Assembly: GCA_977030845.1 (NCBI GenBank)
Contig: OZ365111.1
Span: forward strand, 47,988,001 to 48,052,000
DNA length: 64,000 nt
Direction of reading: 5' to 3'
Origin: Fimbriosthenelais zetlandica
Taxonomy: Eukaryota
Both the position numbers and the translations under genes were made by a program. The stretch's first letter is position 1. Every line of letters starts with the position of its first letter. Shown here piece by piece: positions 13,412-25,820 of the stretch. Under the pieces are notes generated by a model. The model was not told the DNA's origin and made no database searches. It saw only the letters and a program-made list of their open reading frames with translations.

Positions 13412-15023
13412 CAGGGCTGTATGCAGGATTTTTTTAAGGGGGGTTACAGCATGGGCAAATATGTAGGCCTATTATAGCCTGAAGAAACAAAGCACCCCCA
13501 GAAAATTTTGGAATTTAAGGTGGTATTTGGCGCATTTTGGAACAAAGAATAGACCGCCGTCATGATATCAATAATTTTCTCCAACCGCTCGATCGGAAAT
13601 TGCCGCTCTCCAGAGCGCTCCAGAGCGGCTGGTATAGAAAGGTAGGCGTAGGCCTATAGAAAGCCACACTACCAAGCACCCTGAGCGCTCGATCTGCAGG
13701 TCTGAGATGAAGTTTCTTCCGTTTCGGTTTAATATGTTTATTAACATAATTATGTTTCATAACTCACGAAAAGCAGCATCTGTTAGACATGTGACAATAT
13801 TTATAATGAGGCGAGCGCTCGAAATTGACATTGAAAAATAATAGAGGAATACTCCACAGATTATAGGCGAGCGCTCGGATGAAAATCTCAAAGAGTTATC
13901 AGTTCGATCGTACTAGTGATAACGTGGCGAGCGCCCGATCGGTTAAAATTAAAAATTTGGAGCGAGACTCCTGGGGTTATGAGCGCTTGATTGTTATTAA
14001 AGTTTTCAAAGTTTTCAGAGAGTCTGGGAAAACAAAGAACTATTTTTGATAGCATTGCGCGGCTTCAAATGGGATAAACTAGATTAGCTAGTGGAAATAA
14101 CAGAAACATGTTATGTAGGGGCCAGAAAATTGAAAGTGACAAAGGGGAAATGGCTGCAAATTAAAAGAAGTCAAAGAATGAACACAATGACAGGTAATAA
14201 CATAGTGAAGCCTAAAAGACACCATGTAATATTTAGAGTGAAATAGATCCTTTGACAAACAAGTCCAGTTCCAGTTACAACCTCCCCCCCCCCCCCCCCG
14301 CTCCGACCTCTTTCCACGGAAACCCATTCCAAATTAGTAGCTATAGTCAAGAAAACAGTTTGAGATACCTCTCATCCCGACCCCCATCCTACCCCGACCC
14401 CCTGCCCAACCCTCGATCCTAGCTCCTATCTTACCCCATTTCAGGAGTGTTTTTGTTTTAATATATTTTTATTGATGTTCAGTGTTCAAAGCGGGAACAT
14501 CAATGGTATAACCTGCACTCTTTTATTTTGTGATAAAGATTTCCAAATTTGATAAACATATATGCAAAAGTCATCGTTTGAGAATTGTAAATTTCCGGAA
14601 ATAGGTTGCTTTTTGATTTGGCGATCTATTGTGTATGACTTCAAACAATACGTGCCTGTTCTAATTATAGGCCTACACACATGTCTATTGCCGAGTCATG
14701 CCAGGCCCCCGCTACCAGATTTCAAAGACACAGGCGGAAAGTGACGCAATACCAAGCCAGTGGCCGATTCCAAATGCCACATATTAGTTGTTTTGCTTTG
14801 TATGAAAGATCGTGGTCTTGGACAAGCCAAAACAACTTTGAAATTGGTTAACATGACCATCCAAGATTTCATATTGAAATGCATACAGTCATGGATATAG
14901 CCTACAAAGAAACTAGGCAGATGACATATCTTTTATTCATTTGACTTATTCCCACACTTGAAATATTTTTGGGATCTGCAGGGGGTTACAGAACCCCTGT
15001 AACCCCCCCTAAATACAGCCCTG
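13412..15023. mobile_element. Non-autonomous DNA transposon with CAGGG termini and 5-bp TSD (superfamily unresolved)
   Basis: Perfect 11-bp TIR CAGGGCTGTAT (13412-13422) / ATACAGCCCTG (15013-15023). Direct repeat GGCTA at 13407-13411 and 15024-15028. AGGGGGGGTTACAG occurs near both ends in inverted orientation. Internal GGCGAGCGCTCG-like repeats; no transposase ORF. Confidence 0.8.
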
Positions 15024-18000
15024 GGCTAGAAGGTGGGGGAGAAGTGGGGTGGATTGATGGATGAACACCTTCCATCTGTGTACACACTCCAGCCAAGGTC
15101 TGAGGCCAGCTTCAACAACAAAGGAGACCACCAAAATCAACAGGGAAACCACACTTATTTCATTACTCGGAAACTAGTCAATATTAAACAAATTCCCTAT
15201 TTGGTACGAGGTGCTCCTTTCCACATTATTTACAGGTGTGTGCATGGGGCAGAGGAACTCTAACATTGATGATGTAATGGGTAAAATGCTCAATTTGTGT
15301 GTAAGTAGTATAAGAAATGTCACCAAGACATTTGGAGAACTTACTTGAGATCCTCTCGCTTTAAAAACACTGAAATGGTATGAGCTCATTTATTCTAAAA
15401 AATTATTTTACGGAGGATATCTAGGGTGTCCCCTTTCAAAAATATCGGAATATGGAAACTCATTTGTTTCAAAATTAATTCAAGATGAGCCCCAGGATGG
15501 CCCTCTATGATCATTTCACACCTCAGAGGATTTATATTTAGTGTCCAATATTGACTGACCATTATCTTCTGGTCAGTGGCTGCCATTAGCTTCATCACAG
15601 CTGCTGCAACTGGACGTCTGGACAGCGATCAACTGTTGATGAGGGCCACTGTCTTAAATAGGTTTAACTCATATTTGTATGTATAAACGATGTTAGAGAT
15701 GATGATTCTGCGGGTTGGATGGATACATAACCGATTCGTATGGCATAATCCATCGATGATATCGAAATCAATCAATTTTTAATAGAAATTTTCCACACTG
15801 AGCAATGAGGAATGAGCAATGATGGTTCCAAGAAATTGTCAGGTACATTTTTACCATTTGTTTAAGATATTTTAGAGATACATCAAATTTTTGAATCACT
15901 GGAAGATCCAATCCCTGCATGCAGGGGCATATTTAAGGCTTACTAGGTAAGCAAGTGAGGCGCAGGGTCATTGCTTTAATAGAATTTATGGCAAAAGAAA
16001 ATTGATTAAATTTCATCCACGTTTACAAAAATTGCACGATGGCAGCGAGAAATTGAGTGAAGGCTTGCGATCAATAGTTATCAATTGAGGACATCATCTG
16101 TGTTGGGCCAGGTGTGGAGGCCACGTCTGTTAGCCAAGAGAGAAGAATTAAACCCGGCCGAGCAAATATTGAAAGACCACCGAGGTGCTCACAGGCAGCA
16201 ACTTATTGAAAGTATATAAAACATCATCCATATCATTATGATTCATGTTGACAAATTTGGATCCAAGCGGATCTATATTGGTTAGCCTTCCTTCCAAGCT
16301 CCATGGTATTGAAAGATGAAAGTAACTTGACAATAATTAGTGATGATGACTTGTGATGATGATATAATATTATATCACTGGCAAATATTTTGTCACCAAC
16401 TAACTGCAAAGGTTGTATGAAAAATAAGTATCATCCACTTCAGTGTCCAGATTCGAATACAGCGAATTCCAAGAAATGTTCACATGGACTTCACATTGCT
16501 AATGACGCATTTGAATCGGATTCTTGATCTGATATACCTGTACATATAATTATACCTGTAATAGATCAGCTTTTAAAGATCTATACTCAGTGGCTTCAAA
16601 TAGGGGCCTATAGATACATATGAAATGTTCATTACTTCAATAGTCAATTTACTAAGTGAAGCCTTATATTATATTCAGAGAATAATCATCTGTATAATAT
16701 TATAACGTTGAATGAAGCCTTTGAATAAGAGCCTTCTCCAGATTTACAAGTCCTCAACTGATTCCAGGTAATTCCTAATATTTACTCCAACCAGCTAACA
16801 TCATGAAGCAGTTTGCCTGAAGAGGTAATTCAGAGAAGATAAATAAATAATGTCAGTCAATAGACTTCAGAGGCAGGTCACATCACTTAGTCTTAGAATA
16901 GACAGTGGGGAAATTACATGCAATTAAATCCACATCGTGGCTTCAGAGTAAGAATACATAAGCGCAGCTGCTTGCTTTTGACATTTTATCAAAGGGCCAC
17001 TGGGTGCGCTGTTTCATTATGGCAGAACGATAGCCTGCTGTCTTCTGCTGCAACTAAAGGGCCTATTTTCCATCATTACATCATGAATAAAACAACAATA
17101 TTGATCTAAAGAAAACAAGACAACCATAGTGCATCACTCCACTGAGGACAGAGACAAAAAAAGCGATCACCAGAGACATTCTTTATCTTCCGTGTCAGTT
17201 TCACTCATCAAAGGCGACCGGGGAATAATTTCAGGATGGTTCAGTCAATTTAAAGATTTCAATTGATCCCCACCTAAGATCATGGCAGAGATGGGGCGGC
17301 GTCGGCTTTGCTGTCGCCCAGATTCAGACTTCTCATCTTCAGAGTAAAAGATCGATAGTGAGCAGAAAAAGCTGCTCGAATAGAATGGAGTTTTCCTTTC
17401 TGCTGGTGCTCTGGGAATTGTCTGCCATGGAGCACCGTGTTTTTTCCCCTGAAAGCTGGAAGCAATACCTTTAAAAGCCATCTTCCCCCGTTTGTTATTA
17501 AAACACTTGGTCTTCAATTAAAATATGAAACAGGCACATTGGTGGGGGGATAGAGTCCTCCCACTCTTTGCTTCTGTCATGGTATGATAGGGGACTGCTG
17601 CCTCAGTGGGTAGGGAGGAGGAGGTGGAGGATTGGGGAGAGATGTAGGAGGAAGTGGAGGAGGGTGGCTCCCTCTTTGTAGTCCATCTCATGTTTCCCCG
17701 AGTCCCTCATCCCGAGGCACGATTCGTTCAAATAAGGCAGAAAATCTGAGATAGAGGCCTTTCATTTTCTGCGGTCAGCTGCGAAAGATGTCATAAAGGG
17801 CCATATCAATGTCTGATTGGGGGCTGGGACGACTGCCGGTGGGCTTTGAGGACAGAGGTGAAGAGAGGAGCTGAGAGGGGCTCTTGATTGGTGGAGGGGG
17901 CATGTTTGGTCAGCTTTAAGTCGTCATTACAGAGAATCAGAGGGTCAAGATGGGCGGAAATGTCATCGGTGGAGGAGGAAAGGCGAGGGCCTGTGCCTGA

Positions 18001-21000
18001 TGACAAAGACGAGGTCGACGCGGAGATGCTGATGTGCCAGATTAGGTCCAGATTGTGCCGACAAGACAAGGAAACGAATCATCAAAGCCCGCACTTGGCA
18101 AACTCTTTATCTTGCCATTACTGAACGGCAGGGGGCGATCGATGCTGAGTTGTGCCCGTCCGATCATCTCATTCGTGCTTGGCTGCGCCGCCCATTTGGC
18201 GGTGTATCGCCACAGATTGGCCTCTAATCAACCGACCACAGTCCCACCCAATTGCCTTCTACCTCTTCTTTTCGGCTCTCATCAGCCATCTTTCTGCAGA
18301 TCGTGATTCGCGGAATTAGCCTGCCGCTCGCGAAGAATCCCTTCCAGCTCAGCCAAGCACACGGCGGCATCCACCTAATGTAAATGGCTTCATAGCCTCA
18401 TTGTTCATATTTGGGATTAGGCACTGAAAAGGGTGGGGTAGAGGGGAGTGGGAGGCTCGGTAGCTGGGTAAGGAATAGCTTGCAGATAGCCATTGCACTC
18501 ACTGATCCACGTTGGCCTTTGATGGCTGGAATTGGGAGCGCAGTGAAGCGTGCTATCACAATCATGAAAGTCAATGCGCTGTAACGACTGCAAAATGAAA
18601 GACATGAGCATATTGTGGTTGCAAGTCTTCAGGTGGAAAACTGGTACTCATCCTACCCAGCCCCATCCATTATTAAACAAGGGGAAGGGCTTGGATGATG
18701 GGAAACATTCTGTCTCCCCCCACTCGCAATTTTTGCCTTTGATTGCCAGAAGGCAAGAATCCACATTGGCAGTGGAAGGAATGGTGCTTACTGATGGTAG
18801 AAGCAGGAAAGCAATGGGTGCCTAGATGGTGGAGAGGGTGGAAAAGGGAGCAAAAATCAGACGGTGGGCTGGTAGAACCACACTTAATGATAAAACGCTT
18901 GGATGACGGCCTACCTGGGCATTGAACGGGAGGGGGAACGGCCACTACTACAACATTAAGGCTTTCTGAACCAAGCACAAGGGGGCACTTTGATATGGCA
19001 CATATTAATCAATCAACTGATTCTGGCCTGAGTGAAGAGAAAGGAGGCTGTGAAAGCTGCTTCATTGTTATCCAAGTCCATACGATCGTTGAAATATCAG
19101 ACAATGTAATGCAACTGCCACCACCGCTACCACTGCCTTAGAAACAGCAACCAATACTTTGTATTGGGCCCACTGCTCTGGTGACCAGGCAACTGGAACG
19201 AAGCCTTAATGGAGTTTTACATAAAAATAGATTCTTTCCTCTCTGCAGTCTTTTTATTTCGTCTCTAAATGAATCTGCTCTCACTGCACTGATGCGGAAG
19301 ACCTGTTGTATTCTCTTTCTGCAACAGTGCGAGGACGTCACGTTTTATACTTGGGTTTTTAATCAAAGCTGAAACGCGGGCCAAACATGCGAAGGGTGAA
19401 ATATTCAATATTGGAGACGCTGGGATCTTTTCTATAAGCCACCTGAAATTATGATCTGTATTGTCTACAACTCCGCCAACCTTTGAACCACCCACATAGA
19501 CTTTAACAATCATTGAAACCATGGCTGAAGATGTCATAAAGCATTATGCACATGCGTATACATGTTGTATATTGGTGACTTGGTTCTCATAAACGTATAC
19601 TCGTATTGTAGTATGAAACAGGGTTCCTTATTATGAGCTTATGGGATGACAATGAAAAAAGGTTAATTTCATAATACAATGTCAAAGGAGATCTCATTGG
19701 AATAATGACTACTTTAGCGGGGTAGACGGGTCATGCATGAATGACTGTACCTCCACCCTCCACTGCCTTCAGTCATTGCCCTTATTGTTCTATAATTACC
19801 CCCACAACCCTATAATGCCCCCATATATCATCTTTAAACGTAGATAATTACAATAATGTATTCATGGAATCGAACAATAATATTGTTAAAAATGGACTTC
19901 GAGTTTATAAAGCCCAATATCAAAACCACATCAATGAATATTGTCTATGAATTAATGACTTCTGTATGAATTTCAAAACGTTATTGTTATATAGTCAGGT
20001 GAATTCCGTCAGAGCGTGGAACGTATTTTGGCATTAGTGCAAGAAAGTGTCATAGTAAACAACACAGCATTTGATCAATGGTAAAAGAAAGTCATATTTT
20101 CAAGTGGAAAAAAGTCAGAACTGAAACTTGACCTCTCTGGTTGTCCTCAGTCGAGATAACTAATCTATTCATTGTCACTGACAATAAATACTGCACCCGT
20201 AAGTACCTGACCCACCTCGTGGGATTTCCCCGTGCTTATTTTCCCCCCATCCCAACCAAAAACCATCGCCCCCACACACTATCTTTCTATCCCCACCCCG
20301 ACCTCAACCCCCAACATCCCAACCCACCCCCACACCACAGACACATCTCCCAATAACCAGGTGCGCCGCTGGAAAGTCGCTGACTTTTGTCTAATATTGT
20401 TTCTACGTGCCACGCTCCACCGTTTGTGTAAGACCATAAAAACACGCCCTGTCCATTGTGGTAGGAGGGCAGGCGAAATGAATGTCAACAATCGGTGTAG
20501 TTCACGAGTGGGAGACAGAGAGAGGAAGGGGACAAAGAGCATGAGGGCCAGCTGGACTGATCTGAATAGGTTCTTCACTTTGGCTTCACTGGGCGAGCTA
20601 AAGTAGTATAGGGACTTGGGAGGTTGTCTCAGGCACTCTAAACTGGGCGGTCAATACTGAGTGGTCTATAGGCCAGTCACAATGGCTGTCTTTGCAATGG
20701 CATATGCTAGTGGCTATAAGATAGGCAAGTGTGCATTTGGAGAGAGAGTGTGAGAGACAGAGAGAGAACAGCATAAGTGTGGCTTGGTGCGGTGTGGACT
20801 ATGTGGTCAATTGTATCGACTTACAAGGCATTTGTGATATGTGGTAGAGAGGGGATGTGGACCAAAGAGGTGGTGTGATGGCAGATGGTGGGGGAGGGTG
20901 GTGTGGTTTTGCTAGTGTGTGAGTTGGGGGTTTATATAGGGGGTTAGTGGGTTTATACCATGGTGGTGTCAGGGTTAGGTTTTTCGGTGTCTTGAACATG

Positions 21001-21812
21001 AATGCAATCAACACTGTCTATGCCAATTAAGGCTTCTCATGCTGCATCTTCTGTTTCAAAAAACTCGAAAGTTACTTTACTTGGAACTTACAACATACAA
21101 ATGCATATTATTAAGTTTTAAAAAAAGAATTAGAAATATATCACCTTGCCTTAAGCATCACCTTAATTTCAATCATTTCCATCTATACCTAAAAGCTCTA
21201 CATAAGGCATTATCTTAGCATCCCATTAGAAGACAGAACAAAGGGTTAACTATAAGTGCAGGTAATGAATACTAATTGGTATCACCATTAATTAATTATA
21301 AAAATACATTTCATATTTCAATGAGTGCATTTTATTTTACTTGGGTGAGGTAATTTATTTTCAATTACTAGCAGCCCTAAATAATAGCCTACACTTTTTA
21401 TCAAGATCAAAGTATGATTACATTATATGTATGAATCAATTTATGTTTGCCTTAATTATTATGGTGGTAGGGTATATATTCCTTTAGTAACATTGCTGAA
21501 TAAAGGTATGATACTGAGAGCATAATGACAGATTGATTGCTTCTGATTACAAATATGGATACCCCAAAGACAGCCTCAGATAATGACAATACAGAATCAG
21601 CCCACACAATGCACACACTCTCTCATCAATGTATACATACAAGTACTGTGTCTGTGTGTATGCCTTGCTGCTGGTGCCCTGAGGGCACCCAGGACATAAT
21701 GTTCATTCCTTCCCCTGATGCTTCATCTTGTCATTCGGCCCGCCTCAAGCAGCCCGACCAGCCAACCAGAAGCAGCTATGAACATATTGTTACCATGGTA
21801 ACCACATTTCAG

Positions 21813-21982
21813 ACAATCTTCAAAGCGCTCTCATAGAAGAAAACCTCCCTGAGGCGATTTTACAGGCAGAACTCGATCCTAATTACAGGGCAAAGATACT
21901 GAGCCTGCACGGCGAAGTGATATTTGAGGAGAGATATCCATACTTGAGCGAGGATATTCTTCCGACGTTTAATTCACACTAA
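21813..21982 (+). CDS. Candidate terminal coding exon, absent from the ORF track (no ATG)
   Basis: Acceptor CACATTTCAG|AC in phase 1. It translates to (D)NLQSALIEENLPEAILQAELDPNYRAKILSLHGEVIFEERYPYLSEDILPTFNSH*. ATTAAA lies at 22025-22030. No family recognised. Confidence 0.35.
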
Positions 21983-22734
21983 GGGACCCCCCACCCACCC
22001 CCGTATCCGGCAAGGCATTCTCAAATTAAACAAATATTTACATCGCAATTGATTCTCGACAAGGAAGGACATGGCTTATAAGTCATGTGTACTTTCGTAT
22101 CTGTTCCTTTCACTTCGCATAGACTAAGCCAATGTGAATACAATGCTATAGTCATCCTCTGATCCGTATGATAGGCATATGTTACAGTACATCTACTAGA
22201 AATATGACTCTCCCACATAACAATGGCAGTCTTATGACAATGTCTTAATTAGTTAATAATTAGCATTATTTAATTGTATATGTAACAGGAATCTATCTGT
22301 GAGAATATGAGGGGATCTACGAAACTATCACATTTCAGTGCACTATTAAATTTGATCTCAAATATGTGGAAGAATCCAAGTAAAGGAAATAACACACTAA
22401 CCAATACATGAAGGATGCATATCGATTAGGAAGACAAAGGTTTCTTCCTATAGAAAACCAAGGGAGTTGTGACTTGTAAATGGGGAAGGGGAAGTAGGAT
22501 ATGGAACATCAAGCATTGCATGCCAAGAAGCACTGTGGTGAGGGCTTTAACACATGAAAATGCATTAGAAGGTCGTGTAGCGTACCTAAGATACACTCGC
22601 TTCATCTAGATGAAAGACAGAGACTCTGCCTTGAGCACAATAACTGTTAGCACTTTCTCTGTAGAAAGCTAACATAAAATAACTGTACAAAACACGCATA
22701 TCTTACTCAAGTTGGCACATATATGTCCATCTGT

Positions 22735-23005
22735 GTTTTCCTCCTCTTCTTCCTTTATCATTATCATCGCCCCATCTTTTCTTCATAATCTTATTATCAT
22801 CATCTTCCTTATCCTCTTGGCTTCTCTTCCTCTTCTCTTCCTCTGCTCCACCGTCTATATCTTCTCTCCTCTCTTCATCACTTCACCTTCTCTCCATCTT
22901 ATTATAATCATCATCTTGGTCACTTTCATTATCCTCCCCCCCCCCCCCCACCCCCACGCCTCTTCCCTGCCTTCTCTCTTTTATCATGTCCTATCTTCAT
23001 CTTCA
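22735..23005. repeat. Pyrimidine-rich low-complexity tract (TCT/TCA/CCT triplets, poly-C)
   Basis: Degenerate TCT/TCA repeats and a C run at about 22935-22949. Confidence 0.8.
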
Positions 23006-24475
23006 AATATGTCCTTCGGACTGTTCAAAACCCTAGATTTTCCCTCATCAGCCGTAACCGGAGACAAAGGTGTAAAACACGATACCCCGAGGCTTGACAC
23101 TTTACGGCGTCTTTAGTCCCTACTTTTGATACATAAAATTGTCGAGTGTTTATGCCTTTGAGGTACCATTAGCCTTATATGTCCTTTGACTATAATTTCT
23201 TAGTAGAGATGAATATGGAAGGCAATGCCTAAAGGTCCTCTTACGGTAAATCTCCAAGCTGCCTCTTGATCGTGCTTAGCTTTTGTGAGGAAAGGCGATG
23301 TATGAAAGTGCTGGATCGAGGACATCACATATCTGATATGCATCCACTCTCATTCTGAATATCTTTCAATTATTCTTAAATCATCAAATCATCACGGGAC
23401 CCACAAGTCTTTTATTATTTTGGACCCATTGCACAACTATAGGCTAAGGCATTGTTATGCAATGACCCCCAGTTGAATGCCAAGGACATCTTTCTGTGTC
23501 CTATAGATCTACCATTCCACCCATCTCCCATGATTTCTATAATAAGGCGATAATACCCCTCATGTTCCTTCTCCTCTCCACAACCCCCACCGATCTATCC
23601 CACTTCTCCCTTATAACTGCACCTTCTACCCTACCCATTCACCCAGTATAAGCTTGTGAATTCCCCCTGACTTTCCCCAACCCTCACTACTTCCTCCGAC
23701 CACCTCTCAACACGCGAACACCTACTTTCCTCCTATTCATCGTCATTTTAGTTTGCCAGAGGCACAATAAGACATCGGACTGCACTTTAGGGCCCACAAT
23801 AGCCTTAGCTTGGCCGTCTTTCTCCCTGCCCACTCTGCATAACATCCTTCAACAGGCTTAGCCCGCCAACAAATGGCTGCTTTCCATTGACTGCCGCTGC
23901 GCCCCCTACCAGTTGGTTTTATATCTTAGACTTCCTGTCTCGATTTGGCACGTTGCATTATCGTTGTCATTTTTTCTGGAGTTTTTTTAAATCTCCCATT
24001 TTGAAACTTGCTTATCGATCGTATCCTTCCACATGATTTGAAGCCTTGGATGGAGGCAAGGCGTTTGGAATGGCGCAATTGGCATTTTGAGATTTATAGG
24101 ACTTTCAGAGTGCATGGGGGTTTTGAAAAAGAACATTGAGACCGAGCATTTTAATGTCAAATGAAATCTCAAATATATATTATATATGCTTACACCACAT
24201 AATATTCTCATATAGTAGAAAATCAAGAATGGTCATTAAATCAATTGCTGCCTCTTTACTTGGATAGGTTATTCTATAGCAAAGCAATTGACATATCCAT
24301 TCCCTTTCATCGACAATAAAAGCAACTGTCAATGCTAAAGATATGTTTCTAATGATTTCACCTCACTTGCATATACACAGTTAGATGATCTTTCCATCTG
24401 ATAATAATACAATGGTCAAATACACAATTAGACGATCATCTTTTAATTTGATGGTATAGTATTTTTATCCTGTAG

Positions 24476-25377
24476 ACCTAACCAAACATCAGAGTGAGTC
24501 TTTTTGTGATTACATGGCAAGGAGAGATCATTGGCAAGAGTTTCATTTGCCCCAGGAGGAAAGAGCGACTGATAATCTTACAAGTGACCATATCGCCAGA
24601 GAAACCGGACCAAGCGATTGTAAAAGACAAAAGCTGCCTTCGTGTCATTCCTAAACCTGATCTGAGACCAAACCTGCAAGAACAACTCCCCATCCTGCTC
24701 CTCATTGTCACTTTTTGTCTGCTTCATGTTCATTTAATGATGAAACTGACTCCAGTCTTTTGGTTACGCGAAGCTTTAAGATTACTTACTGTCAAGAAAA
24801 CCTGGCCGAACAACGAAATCGTCGACTGCGTAACCTGAAGCCACTTTTGAGACTGCCGCTGATGGAAAACGACTTGCCTTTCAATCGCCTCGCTTTCAAT
24901 AAGCATGCAAAATTAACTTCTGGAAAAAGACCTTGAGATGAGGACTCCCCTCCCCTCTGGTGGCAATCAATTGAAATGGATCAAATGAGTGATTTGAATT
25001 TGAAGCCTGAGAAGAAAGTTTGACTTGCCTTAATAAATATGTCTAGATTCAACAAGCAAGTGGACCTTCTGTGCCTGGGCAAAAGGGAGGCGCAGGTTTT
25101 ATCTTAAACCTCATCAGGCAATATGAATACTGCATTCACGCATGCCAAAGATGAAGATGTGAGGGAGTTTTTGGCTTTACAGCATATTACGTGTGAAATA
25201 ATGAAATATGGGGAGGGACACTACTGGTGCTCATCATATTTCGATGCGACCTCTATAGGAGAATCTGGGAAGCAGCACCAGATAAATAGAACATCAGACA
25301 GTATGAGCCTGCACACGATTAGGCCTACTGCGCATGCTTGGCGCTATATAGTAAGACAGAAAAATTTGGGAAAATAA
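24476..25377 (+). pseudogene. Possible decayed reading frame (300 codons, 5 internal stops) or terminal exon plus UTR
   Basis: Acceptor ATTTTTATCCTGTAG|AC. Frame +1 from 24478 to 25377 has internal stops only at 24652, 24658, 24934, 25021 and 25105. It joins the two listed ORFs 24715-24936 and 25123-25377. Confidence 0.3.
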
Positions 25378-25787
25378 ATATATCTCCCTCGAATATTTTC
25401 TATAAGGCAGTATAAACTAACCTGAAGCAATTGACCATTTATATACTACTGGCTTTTCAGCAGTGGACTGGTCCCGTGGCGAACGTTTCCATATTGAGAT
25501 CTTCATCAAGAAAGTACTGTTTCTTCTATGTCGTAAACTACATGTATTTACAAATTCTATGTCGTAAAATATTAACAATTATTTAACAACGGTGCCATAT
25601 TCATAAAATACATTGCTCAACCTTCTCGACTTTGATAGTCTATATAGAGAACTATAAGAGTATGGTTGGAGAGAGGAAGTGACGCAAGTGTTTAGATGGA
25701 TGAAGGACAGTTTGGTTGCCAGGGGGACACGTAGCACCCCCTCGGGATGAGTGACGGAGATGGATGAAGAGGAAGAAGGATATGCTG

Positions 25788-25820
25788 ACTTCCGGCCATG
25801 GAGATAAGGCATATGCGCAT
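25788..25820. promoter_or_regulatory. Compact motif cluster (ETS, GATA, NRF1-like half site)
   Basis: ACTTCCGG 25788-25795, AGATAA 25802-25807, TGCGCAT 25814-25820. Confidence 0.2.

Noticed and set aside
15236-15280. 45-nt phase 1-1 exon candidate
   Set aside because: Good acceptor but weak donor (GTAAAA) and an uninformative peptide.
16730-16830. Minus-strand ILGITWN resembling retroelement reverse-transcriptase motifs
   Set aside because: A single short word next to a stop codon, with no other RT motifs nearby.
17960-18124. Acidic peptide MSSVEEERRGPVPDDKDEVDAEMLMCQ...
   Set aside because: Protein-like but short, with no convincing splice donor and no recognisable homology.
22712-23116. 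134-aa I/L/S/F-rich ORF
   Set aside because: It is a translation of a pyrimidine-rich simple repeat.
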